NCBI RefSeq assembly: GCF_004010195.1
Contig: NC_057719.1
Span: 21,834,576-21,855,795, forward strand
Direction: 5' to 3'
DNA length: 21,220 nucleotides
From: Chiloscyllium plagiosum
Taxonomy: Eukaryota
Made by a program: the position numbers and the translations under genes
The notes under the pieces: generated by a model
What the model was told of the DNA's origin: nothing
The model's input: the letters and a program-made list of their open reading frames with translations, nothing else
Databases searched by the model: none
In this document: piece by piece, positions 8,756-19,344 of the stretch
Position numbering within the stretch: position 1 is the stretch's first letter
Layout: each line of letters starts with the position of its first letter

Positions 8756-9293
8756 GCCTCTTCTGGATTACTGCATGGAGTTCTGGTTGTAGGTAGGATA
8801 GTATTAAACTGGAGGGGGTTCAGAAAAAAAATACTGGGATGTTGCTGGGAATAGAAGATTTGAGATATAAAAATAGACAGGAAATACTGGGATTTGTTTC
8901 ACTGGAGTATAGGGGGTTGAGGGGTAAAGGCTGACGTTTATAAAATCATGAGGGGCATTGATAAATAAATGACAAGTGTCTTTTACCTAGTGTGGGAGAG
9001 TTCAAAACTAGGATGCATATTTTTAAGGTGAGAGGAGAAAGATTTATAAAGGACATGGGCAACGTTTTTGCATAGTAAGTAGTTCATATGTGGAATGAAC
9101 TGTTGGAGGAGGTGGTGGATGCAGATACAGTTACAATGATTAAAAGGTATTTGGATAAGTACATGAATAAGAAAGGTTTGTAGGGATATGGGCCAAGTGG
9201 AGGCAATGTGGGACTGGTTTAGTTTGAGAACATGGTTGGCATGGACTAGTTGGACTGAAAGGTCTGTTTCCATGTTGTATGACTCTATGACTC
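8756..9293 (+). mobile_element. CR1/HER1-like LINE 3' ~540 bp
   Basis: Degraded LDYCMEFW...IKLEGVQK...LGFVSLEYRGLRG...VYKIMRGID...WNELLEEVVDADTV, with a tail ending TATGACTCTATGACTC. Confidence 0.9.
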
Positions 9294-9410
9294 AATGGAA
9301 TAAAAAGCTAGTCTAAATTGTGACTACTGTCATTTTTTAAAGCAAAGGCATTTTGAAACGAAGAGTTAAAAACACCTGTAGTATTTCTACGTTCTGACTC
9401 ACTGTCATAA

Positions 9411-9422
9411 CTCTTTCCCCCC
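9411..9422 (-). other. Candidate polypurine tract of the minus-strand gypsy fossil
   Basis: GGGGGGAAAGAG on -, about 130 nt after the pol stop, followed by TTATGACA (possibly a decayed LTR start). Confidence 0.5.
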
Positions 9423-9553
9423 AACAAACAAATGAGATCCATCCTCATCTCACTACAAATGATGAAAAAGATTTGAATATACAAAAAAAAAGACACACTC
9501 ATACTCTTCAACATGTTCATTATTCTATTTTTTCAATTCTAACCAGATCTCTT

Positions 9554-11402
9554 TTAAGTTCCAGACAGGGCATCTGCAAATAATTTTTTAATTTCCTGAC
9601 ACTATATGCTATTTTTAAGGGGCACAGTTGAAGAAACCAACTCCAACTGAATAACCCCTAATGCTCTGAGTTTTGAACTTCTCCACAAAAGTATACAGGT
9701 TCTGGTCAGTATAAATGTGGTTCCTCTGTGCCCATTTCACTCAGATATCTCAAAGGGTAATTTACCAAGGGTTTCCTTCTCTACTGTGGTTTACGAACTC
9801 TGATGCTTATTTAGTGTTTCAGAGAAGCAGTCTCACTTATTTGGATTCTTCTTCCTGAAGAAGGACAACTCCTATCCTGGTGTCACTTGCACTAATGACA
9901 ATTTTAAATGTTTGTTCAAGTGTGGATTTGTAAGCACATGCTCACTTGTTAAAGCAGCCTTCAGCTTTCAAAATCAGTTTGGCATTTCTCACTCATATTA
10001 CCTTTGCTTTTCTCTGCAACATGTCTGTCAGCAAGATGATTACCGTGCTGAAACTTGGGACAAAGTTTCAACAGACAAAGCTTCCAGATGCTGTAAGTGT
10101 CTTTTCCCAAGTGTTGCTGTATACTAGAAGGTCATCCAGCTGCACTATACAATGACATAAGCCTGCCACTATCAAATTGATCAGCCTTTCAAAGTGGCTG
10201 GGGCATTTCAGAGTCTGATGGCATGACCTGATACTGGTAAAACCTGTCTGGAGTTAAAAAGGTGAAGTTTTCCTTCATTCGAGCTGTCAACCCTTGTGTA
10301 AATCTACCTTGGTAATGTAGGCTACTTTACCTACCCTATCTATAAAATCTTCCAGCTGGTGTATTGGCTAGGAGTTAGCTTTAGTCACTGTCTTTGGTAG
10401 TCAATGCTTCTTGTGGAGCGACTGGTTGTGAGGAATCTCCAACAACCTGCTGCTGCTAGTCTCTATTATTTGGTGCCCTAGCATGAAAATAATCTGATCC
10501 CATACTCGAGCCAACCTTTCTGGGTCTGACTGCTCAGGATGTTAGTTTCTGGAGGAGGCCTTTCCCACATCCTCATCATGCAGAGCTAGGGTGTTACACC
10601 TTGTCTTAGGCACAATCCCTTGAATGCAGTGAGCTGCATCATTACGTTTGCTTCTTGTTTTGTATTGAGGTGAGTGATTAGGAGTCTACATTTGAAATAT
10701 TCCTGAATTATGTAGTGGAATAGTCGAGAGTTCTATCTGGGCTGAACCTTGTCTTCTTCCAATTCATTCCGACCTCCCTTATCCTATCAGTTGATGTCAA
10801 TGGGACTGATAGGATAAGGGAGGTCGGAATGAATTGGAAGAAGACATGCTTACCCTCTTGTTGGCAGAGGTAATCCTTTATCATTTTTAACAAGACAGAC
10901 TTCTGTTTTTCTTCAAGATCTATGGTCTCAATCAGATAATTCATTTGCCTGAACAGTTCTGCTACTCTATACAGGTCACTGAAGCAGGCCTTTAAGAGGT
11001 CATCTGGTTGTTAAAAGCACTAACATGTAATCTTGTGCCTGAAAGCATTGGGCCCTTGCACATTTGTCTGGCTTTTGTTTCAAAACTGGGTGAGTTTCAA
11101 GAGTATTCAGGCCAGTTCACAGGTTAATGAGAGTCAGTCCTGGGATGTTGCTCTGTAATCGAACCTGGAAATGTTTTCTTTTTGTCCTGTAAACCTCCCT
11201 TTCATAGTTTCACAGCCCCTCAAGCTTGGGATTTGTAAACTAATACAAATTGAATAAAAATAGTGATCTCAATGGGTGATTTCCTTATGGTGAACAGAAG
11301 ATAATGTAGTCCTTTATACCAGTCATAGAGGTACTTATGCCTGGTCATTGTTTCCAGAGACTGATGGTACCATTCTGGCCCACCCACAGTCATAGGGTGC
11401 AT
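9554..11402 (-). pseudogene. Fossil Gmr1-type Ty3/gypsy pol in the order integrase, RT, RNase H
   Basis: Integrase: HPMTVGGPEWYHQSLETM...DWYKGLHYLLFTIRKSP (11402-11220) and PLKACFSDLYRV...MNYLIET...MIKDY (about 11040-10870). RT: HDEDVGKA, LEDFIDRVGKVAYITKVDLHKG, FLTPDRFYQYQVMP, NAPAT, VQLDDLLVYSNTWE (about 10600-10080). RNase H: TVEKETLG, IYTDQN, WSWFLQ, ADALSGT* (about 9790-9554). Many stops and frameshifts. Confidence 0.9.
10750..10846. repeat. Perfect inverted repeat with 42-bp arms and a 13-nt spacer
   Basis: TGTCTTCTTCCAATTCATTCCGACCTCCCTTATCCTATCAGT (10750-10791) is the exact reverse complement of 10805-10846; the spacer is TGATGTCAATGGG. Confidence 0.97.
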
Positions 11403-11463
11403 TGGTCAGTATGGATGAGTTGGACTAAAGGATCTGTGTCTGTGATGTGTGACTATGACTCTC
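11401..11463 (+). mobile_element. CR1/HER1-like 3' tail
   Basis: TGGTCAGTATGGATGAGTTGGACTAAAGGATCTGTG...GACTATGACTCT; same tail as 9235-9293. Confidence 0.75.
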
Positions 11464-11469
11464 TGGTCA

Positions 11470-12500
11470 TGTCTAAGGAGCTTCAACGAACTTTGCAGTG
11501 CATCGTGTAGCTGGTACACATGCTGTTGATGCTGAGAGTTATTGATGGACGGAATAGATACTTGTTGATATGATACCAATCAAGTGACTGCTTTGTCCTG
11601 GATGTTCGAGTTTCTTGAGTTTTATTGGAGATTCATTCATCCAGGCAAGTGGAGAATATTCCATCACGCCCCTGACTTGTTTCTTGTAAATGGTGAACAG
11701 ACTTTGAGGAGTCAGGGGGTGAGTTATTCGCCACAGTGTTCCTCGTCTTTGACATACCATTGTATCCAACATGTTTGCATGGTGAGTCCAATTCAGTACT
11801 GGTCAATGATAATAACCACTGCTGGTCACACCATTGAGTGTCAAGGTGCAATAGGATTAGATTGTCACTTTTTAGAGGTAACCATTGCCTGGTATTTTTG
11901 ATGCAAATATTAGTTGCTTCATTTCAGCTCAGGCCTGGGAATTATCCAAGGCTTGCTACATTTGGGAAATACAGAAAGGGAGGAGTTGCAGATGGTGTTG
12001 AACATTATGTATTCATTGAGGAACATCATATCTTCTGAGCTAAAGATGGAGGGAAGGTCAATGATGAAGCAGTTGGAGGTGGTTGAGCTTAGGACACTAC
12101 CATGAAGAATTCCTGCAAAGCTGAGATGGCTGACCTCCAACAACCATAACCATATTGTCATGTGTCAGATTTGACTCCAACCAGTAGAGAACTTTCCTCT
12201 TGATTTCCAGTAATTCCAGTTTTGCTAGGCCTCCTCAGTGCCAAATTTAGTCAAATGTAGCCTTGATGTCAAGCGCAGTCTCTCTCTCTCTTACCTCACC
12301 AATGGAATTCAGCTCTTTTATCCATGTCTGAACCAGGAGCTGGGTGTTCAGTGGGCATCAGTGAGGTTATTGCTGCTTGATGGCACATTCCATCAATGTG
12401 CTGATGATTGAGAATAGACTGATGAGGTAGTAATTGGCTAGGTTGGCCAACTGCCAGTATTATAGCTGTCAGGGTTCAACAAGTTCTGGAGCATAAAATT
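11470..12500 (-). mobile_element. Jockey-group (CR1/L2-related) non-LTR retrotransposon RT fragment, degraded
   Basis: GILHGSVLSSTTSNCFIIDLPSI resembles GVPQGSVLGPxxFxxFINDLP. DMMFLNEYIMF is a decayed MFADD motif. TIYKKQVRGVMEYSPLAWM follows the RT domain. Exact clade not assigned. Confidence 0.85.
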
Positions 12501-12771
12501 TCAGTACATTCCTTTGTCTGTTCTATGCCTATTCTAATGTCTCCTTCTTTGACTTAATAACCATAGTTTTGTTTGTCTGTATTTCTCTGAAGAGCCTTAA
12601 GAAGTTTCATGCCTTTTAAAAAGTGCTTTCTAAATACAAGGTGGTTGTGTTGTAGTGTATTTTGAACAAATATAGAAATGTCACATCTGTTGGAATTCTG
12701 AAATGAAATGGAGAACAAAAAACATTAAGACACAGTGGGCCCCTCAGCTTCTGACTCAGAAAACTCCTTCC

Positions 12772-12875
12772 ACAATAAAAACCAAAAATGGTAGAAAATG
12801 TCAGCATGTTTGGCAGCTTCATTTGACAGAGAGAAGTAAATTCCATATTTTAGATGCTTGACCATTCATCAGAAG
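12772..12875 (-). mobile_element. Highly decayed Penelope-like terminus
   Basis: AAAACCAAAAATGGTAGAAAATGTCAGCATGTTTGGCAGCTTC...CATTCATCAGAA loosely parallels CAGCAGGTCAGGCAGCATC...TTCATCAGGA. Confidence 0.4.
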
Positions 12876-13786
12876 TAGCAAAAGGTAGAAACATCTTGCG
12901 TGAAGAAGTACAGAAGCAAGGAATAGGGGTGAGGGGACAACAGAACAAAAGGGAAGGTCATGAAAATTAGATGGATTAAGTCAAAAGAGATAATGGTGCA
13001 AAGCAGCAGTAGATGACAGTGAAATAAATAAAGAATCAGAAAAAATGTTGCTCTCTTCTGATAAAGGGTCCTATCTGAATTCTTAATCAATCTTTTCTAT
13101 TCTCACATTCTATTTGTGCACTTTAAAGGTCAGTCATTATTCATTTTCAAGGAAACAGGAAATGAAGCCCTTTGCCTGCTTAACATCACTGAGTATATCC
13201 ATGCAAAGATTTTTGGAAGTATTTTGGAGATAAATAATTCTAAATGACTAAACTGCAGTTAACAGAACATTTTTTGAAACAGTCCAACTATTTAGAAACT
13301 TATAAAAAAATTTAGTCTGGGAATTTGCATCAGGGCGAAATGCAAAATCTTTTAGGAAAAAACAGGCATTTCCTTTATGGAACTTGCCTCACACTTTTTA
13401 AGTTTTACATTTGGAAACAAGCGAAATTAAATTCAGATGAATATCTTTGCAGTGTTAATGAATGATAAGTTAGTGGTCATTTCATGGTAAGTACTTTGTT
13501 GCAGAATGTTTAAAATGAACTTATCCTTGAATAATAGATAAATGATAATGATGTCCAGGAAGATGCAGGGTTAGTACAAAAGAGCTCCTCTGGTGGTTCA
13601 ACTGGTAATTGCATTATCTGATGTGGTACTGGCTTACACAAATGAAAATCAGTCTCAGGGTCAATTTCAATGATCATGCATCCATTGTCAAACAGCCTTC
13701 CAGGGATACTATCTACTTGAGGAAGGTACAGAGTGAAGGCTTGAGTGTCATCCAGAATAATATCCCAAAAATAATTAACATCTTAA

Positions 13787-15280
13787 GAGTCAGAGAGTCA
13801 TACAACATAGAAATAGACCCGTCGGTCTAACTAGTCCACGCTGATCATGTTCCTAAACTAAACTAATCCCACTTTCCTGCATTTGGCACATAACCCTCCA
13901 AACCTGAATCCCATGTGATCTACCTTTATTAACTCGTCTATCATGTGAAACCTTGCCAAAGGCTTTACTAAAGTTCATATAAACAATGTCTATTGCTCTG
14001 CTCTCATCAATCTATTTGGTTACTTCCTCAAAAACTCCTGAGACACAATTTCCCTTGCACAAATCCAGGCTGACTATCCCCTGTCATTCCTTGCCTCTCC
14101 AAATGCATAAAAATCCTATAGTTCAAAATCACCTCCAACACCATATCTACCACTGATGTCAGGTTCACAGATCTTTAGTTCCCAGGCTTATCCTGACAGC
14201 CACTCTTAAACAAAGGCACAGCATTAGCCACCCTCCTGTCCTCCAGCACCTCCCCTATGGTTATGGATGATAAAAATATTTATGTTAGGGGCCCTGCAAT
14301 TTCTTCCCTAACTTTCCACAAGGTCTTGAGATACATTTGATCAGGTCCCAAAGACGTATCCACTTTTACGCTTTATAATACCTCCAGCAGTTCCTCTTCT
14401 GTAATTGTTTTCAAAATATCAATATGTATTCCTCTGAGTTCTCCAGCCTCCAATGCTTTCCCCACAGTAAAAAACTTACATAAAATATTCATTTAGTATT
14501 TCTTCCATCTCCTGAGATTCAACACATAGACAACTTCATTGATCTTTAAGGGGCTTTATTATCTCTCTAGTTGCTCTTTTGCACTTAATTATTGTAGAAT
14601 CTCTTTGGGTTATCCTGAACCTTCTCTGCCAAGGCTTTCTCATATCCCATCTTTGCCCTCCTGATTTCCCTCTGCTCTTGTATACTCTTCAAATGATTCA
14701 GTCGATGTCAGTTGTCTACATCTAATATATGATTGTTTCTTATTCTTCACTATAACCTCAATATCTTTATTCATTCATTGTACTTTTCTCTTACCAGCCT
14801 TACACTTCATTCTAACAGGAACTTAATGCCTCTGAGCTCTCATGATCACACTTTTGAAAGCTTTCCACTTTCAGTTATCCCTTTACCTGGGAACAGTCTA
14901 CTCCAATCAACTTTTGAAAGTTCTTGTCTCATTCCCTTAAAATTTGCCATACTCCAATTAAGACCTTTAACTTTTATGGAAAGCTTAATCCTTTCCATTA
15001 TTATTTTAAAACTAAGAGAATTTGATCACTAGTTCCAATGTTTTCCCTTATTAACATTTGATTCACTTGCCCCGCCTTATTTCCCAAGAGAAGGTAAAAT
15101 TTTGCTCCTTCTCGAGTAGGTATATTTACATATTGATAGAGAGATTTTTCTTGACACATTTAACAAATTCCTCACCCTTCAAACCTTTAATTATGGCAGT
15201 CCCAGACAATGTTTGGAAAATCAAAATCTCCTACTATTACAACCCAATTATTTTTACATTTGTCTGATATATCTCTATAT
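13787..15280 (-). mobile_element. CR1/HER1-like LINE: endonuclease end, RT N-half, large internal deletion and 3' tail
   Basis: Minus strand gives VIIVGDFDFPNIVWD (about 15240-15200), DKPGN (about 14190) and IDESRAIDIVYMNFSKAFGKVSH (about 14010-13940), then jumps to a tail ending TATGACTCTCTGACTCT at 13787. Confidence 0.9.
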
Positions 15281-15515
15281 ATGAGCTCCTCAAATAGTAA
15301 AAGAAATCTCTCTCCAGATCTACATTCGACAAACACATGAAGGCCTCTCCCACAAACTCCATGAGGAAAAAAAAAGTTCCTGCTTCGTGTTTTTTATTCA
15401 AGGATGGTAAGGTGTAGACAAGTCAAAAAATAATCCAGCCTTTGCTCTAAGCAAAATGAAAGAGACCTATGTACTGTCCAAGTTCATACATTGTATTAGA
15501 CTGTTCAATGTCATT

Positions 15516-16553
15516 CCAAGATGGCAGCACAGCAGGATGTCTCATCCAGAGCTTTTTCACCTCATTTGTTTCTCTATTTTTTGTCTTTTTTCTCACTTTT
15601 TTTTGTTTCTTTTTTTCCTTGTTTCTTCTAGGCTATGTTCTGAACTCCAAGTCTTAGGGCAGACTCAGACACTTGACCTCAGCATGGACCCAGTGTGGTG
15701 GTCTCCCAGCCCGACATGGTTCTCTCCCAGCCCAATGTGGTGATCTCTCAGCCCACTGTGGTGATCTCTCAGCCTACAGTGGTGATCGTTCGGCCCAAAT
15801 GGTGGTCTCTCAGCCCATCATGGTGATCTCTCGGCCCAGCATGGTGATTCTCTGCCCAGCATACTGATCTCTCTGACCGGTGTGGTGGTCTCTCAGCACA
15901 CAGTGGTGATCTCTCGGCCTGACATGGTGGTCTCTCAGCCTGGCGTGGTGGTCTCTCAGCCTGGGGTGGTGGTCTCTCAGCCTGGCATAGTGGTCTCTCG
16001 GCTCAGCGTGGTGATCTCTCGGCTCAGCGTGGTGATCTCTCGGCTCAGCGTGGTGATCTCTCTGTCTAGCGTGGTGGTCTCGCAGCCTGGAATGGTGGTC
16101 TCGGCCCTGCGTGGTAGGGTCTTGGCTTAGTGTGGTGATCTCTCTGCTTGGTGTGGTGGTCTCTCAACCTGGCGCGGTGGTCTCTTTGCCCTGTGTGGCA
16201 GTCTTTCAGCCCTGTGTGGACCTCTGGCCTTGAGATGATTCCAGAGTGGTCTTTGGGCCATGAGACCCTCAAGGCAAAGCTTGTCATGATCTGGTGTCAA
16301 GGCCCAATGTGGACTAAAGGCCGGGTGCCAGCGTGGGCTGAATTGAAAGTACTGTCATTCTGAGCTTTATATTTATTTTCTTAATTTATTCCTGTGATCC
16401 GTAATGCTGAAATTCTATTTATTTCTTTTTCTTTTTTTTTAATCCCTATGAATTTGTACTGTACCTTTGTACCTAAGATGGTGCCATAAGTAGTGGCTCG
16501 TAAATGTTTTACTGTACCATCCATGTACACATGAAAATAAAGCTAATTCTAAT
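15516..16553 (+). mobile_element. Putative non-autonomous composite retroposon: CCAAGATGGC head, T-rich tract, minisatellite and LINE-like tail
   Basis: Starts CCAAGATGGC. Ends TTTTACTGTACC...GTACACATGAAAATAAAGCTAATTCTAAT, which resembles LINE 3' ends (Rex1/Babar-like, from memory). No TSD found and no RT coding sequence. Confidence 0.5.
15695..16215. repeat. Minisatellite of about 25 units of 21 bp, consensus GTGGTGRTCTCTCRGCCYRGC
   Basis: Counted by hand; most units are 21 nt, a few 19-20 nt. It explains the repetitive ORFs (VVVSQPG)n and (CGDLSAH)n. Confidence 0.97.
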
Positions 16554-18189
16554 ATGCAACAAGTGTCTTTGGTGCACTAAAAGTCGCATTCTCCTTTGTC
16601 TTATCCAGGGTTTGTTTTCCAAGAGGACCATGCAGTACACTTCTCCAAGCTATGACCAGTAATGACTCTTCAGGCCGACAATCTCCCATATCAGTTTGAG
16701 TAATTTTAATAACCTGCTTCCAAGAGCACTGCTCAAATTGTTAAGTTCCACTGAGAAAACAAACCCTTAACCAAACATTCCAAGGTGAAGATAAAAAAGA
16801 TTTCTTTTAAATGCCTTAATGAATCGCATTACAGCCTGTCACTTCTAATTCCTGTCAATCATAGACTGGCCTCATACCAACCACAATGTTGAACAGATGA
16901 ATTTTTACTTGATCAGGTTTTCTGTACCCTTTTGACAAACTGCTCAGTATTTCAATTGAAGAATATCAAAGAAGAAAATTTCAAATCAGGCTTTTGTATG
17001 CATCTTTTTTTTTCAACAACTTCATTGTTCTGATTTTCTGCTCTCTTGTGGAAAAGCCCATGACTCTCATACATCGCCAAAGTGGCCACGCCTCATGTGT
17101 GCTCTAGGACTGTGAACAATGTCAGAAAATTCAGGCATGAAGAGCTGGGCTCACCTCTGTTCTTATCTGATGTGCCAAGTTTGTACTCACTAGAGAGTGA
17201 TCAGGAGTGGGAACCCCATTGAGTTTCTTTCCTCACTCTCTATAGTAATTCCATTGTCTGAGAATGCAGAATGGTCTGTTTGTAGAGTTCATAACAAATG
17301 CTCCAGCATTTTGAAAGCCATGTTTGCGGTTTTGATTTATAAGTGTTTCTGTAAGAAATAATAATCTGCTAATCAAAGGGCAGACAACTTAGAAAGCAAC
17401 GGTCAAAATCTCACAAGTAGGCTTTAACCTTTAGACAGAGCTGGAACAACTACTTATGACAACTTAGCGCCACAGATTCTTGATAGTTGAGAATTCCAAA
17501 TTTTCAATATCCCACCAATTGAAAGGAAGTATAGAACAGCTTTATCAATGTTTATCTGATTACCTCCTTATCAGTCACAAGATGTGCAGCTATTACGTTA
17601 ATCAAACTAATCCAAGATAAAGCACAACACAAACTCAATCCAGGTTGAGCTCAATTTAAAGTTGGCTCATCAAGCTAAAGATTTGTTATTGTAAACCATG
17701 TTATAAAGTTAAAAATAATTAATTTGCAGATGGCATGATTATGATGAAAACATTGTAACAGATCTTTTTGAATTCTTTCACCCTTCCTTGAAAGTTCCTG
17801 AACATTGATTTTTGAAAAGGCAAAAGAGCTTTTGTATGTTTTAGATCTGAATTCCAATTGATCAGGTCAGAACAGTGCAAAAGGTAAGTGGAGGTCTGTA
17901 ACAAAAGAATAAAGAATTTAAAATGTGATTGAGTAACAGTCAAAATGTACATTTTGATTTGTATGAGTTCTACGCTGATTTAAAATGAACACACCAACCT
18001 AGCTGCACCCACATCCCATTATATTGGGAAATAGCATCGATTGTCATGGTTGGGGGAAGATCTTTATACTATTGATTTTCGAAGCTAAAGTAGCATTAGC
18101 AATTTGCAAAGAAGAGGAAAGAGTCTCAAAAAAGGGGCAAGAAAGTTAACCCTTAAGCCCTGGCCAATATTTATGCAGTTGGGGGTCAG

Positions 18190-18278
18190 AAAGTGTGGTG
18201 CTGGAAAAGCACAGCCAGTCAGGCAGCACCTGTGGAGCAGGAGAGTTCACATTTCAAGTGTAAGCTCTTCATCAGGAG
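18190..18278 (-). mobile_element. Penelope-like terminal repeat with a decayed hammerhead core
   Basis: GTGTGGTGCTGGAAAAGCACAGCCAGTCAGGCAGCA...CTTCATCAGGA; the minus strand reads CCUGAUGAAGAGCUUACACUUGAAAUG. Confidence 0.8.
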
Positions 18279-18917
18279 TTATACAGTTGGTTCTGCTATA
18301 ACGCATGTTTCTTCAATGCAAATTTGCTATTACGTGATTGAAGAATTTCAACCATTGTTTGTAGAACATGAACTTTCCTTACCCGTATTGGTCATAGTGT
18401 GAGCCCAGTGCCATTGGTTTAAATAGCACTGCTATTGCACAAGTGTCTTAAAGTGTAGGATCGCACAGGAATGGAACTGTTGTGTTATATTAGAATAGAC
18501 TGTACCTTAATCATCATCATGGGAAAAGACTTTCTGGTTATAATCACATTGCTGTTTGTGGGACAAATAAAACAGAATCCCACCTTCAAGAGCCACCAGA
18601 CAATCAAAGGCAAACACCTTCACATCACCAGCAGCAGGAGCTGTTGCCCTTAATGTACTTCCCAGTTTTCAGTGTGTAATGACTGGGATAGGTAACTGAT
18701 GGTAAAATAGGGACTACTGGTGAGATGGAGGGAGGCAAGAGTTTAGAGGAAAATGCAGCATGGGTGCTTCTTAATGGGTCCTTCTGCCAATACTACCCAG
18801 AAAAATAAAAACAGTCAAATTTACAAAAGAAGCATATTGGCTTTACTCATCTTGAATATTTCAAGATGGAGTTGCAGATGTTCCAGTATATTCATTTCCA
18901 AATTAGGAAAAGGCAAA

Positions 18918-19147
18918 GGCGACTGACTGTGTGGAGTTTGCACGTTCTCCCCGTGTCTGCGTGGGTTTCCTCCGGGTGCTCCGGTTTCCTCCAAAGATGT
19001 GCAGCTCAGGTGAATTGGCCATCCTAAATTATCCGTAGTGTTAGGTAAGGGGTAAACGTAGGGGTATGGGTGGGTTGCGCTTCGGCGGGTCGGTGTGGAC
19101 TTGTTGGGCCTGTTTCCACACTGTAATGTAATCTACTCTAATCTAAA
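18918..19147 (+). mobile_element. Young, 5'-truncated HE1-like V-SINE
   Basis: Intact V-domain TGTGTGGAGTTTGCACGTTCTCCCCGTGTCTGCGTGGGTTTCCTCCGGGTGCTCCGGTTTCCTCC with CpGs retained; tail AATCTACTCTAATCTAAA. Confidence 0.92.
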
Positions 19148-19149
19148 CC

Positions 19150-19333
19150 ATAATCCCAAAGCACCAAGAGCTGTTCTCTTATCAGAGAGGAATGCCAAGT
19201 GGTACCACATTTTGGGTGATGGGAAGGGTGCAGAAGGAGAGCCATGTGTGGCAACCTCAACTGTGCAGGAATTGAATCCAAGCTGTTGGCGTTATCTGCC
19301 TTGTAAACAAGGTACATAGCTAACTGAGCTAAA
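19150..19333 (-). mobile_element. tRNA-derived SINE (second family), decayed
   Basis: The minus strand starts TTAGCTCAGTTAGCTA (A-box) and continues CCAACAGCTTGGATTCAATTCCTGCACAGTTGAGGTTGCC. Confidence 0.75.
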
Positions 19334-19344
19334 GCAATCCCCTT

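Noticed and set aside
9838..10145. Apparent minus-strand exons (for example cag|GAAGAAGAATCCAAATAA|gtgag)
   Set aside because: They lie inside the gypsy RT/RNase H fossil, so the splice-like sites are most likely coincidental.
10708..10944. 78-aa ORF spanning the hairpin
   Set aside because: The N-part is a decayed integrase tail and the remainder is the palindrome; it is not a credible gene.
12869..13090. Hydrophobic 73-aa ORF (also 2455-2682 and 15456-15743) as membrane proteins
   Set aside because: The hydrophobicity reflects T-rich low-complexity DNA; there is no splice or homology support.
15695..16215. CRISPR-like array or repetitive protein gene
   Set aside because: Units are contiguous with no unique spacers, no cas genes are present and the context is vertebrate. 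The ORFs follow from the 21-nt period.
18848..18868. 9-bp-stem palindrome CATCTTGAA-TAT-TTCAAGATG
   Set aside because: It is short enough to occur by chance in 21 kb and has no supporting context.
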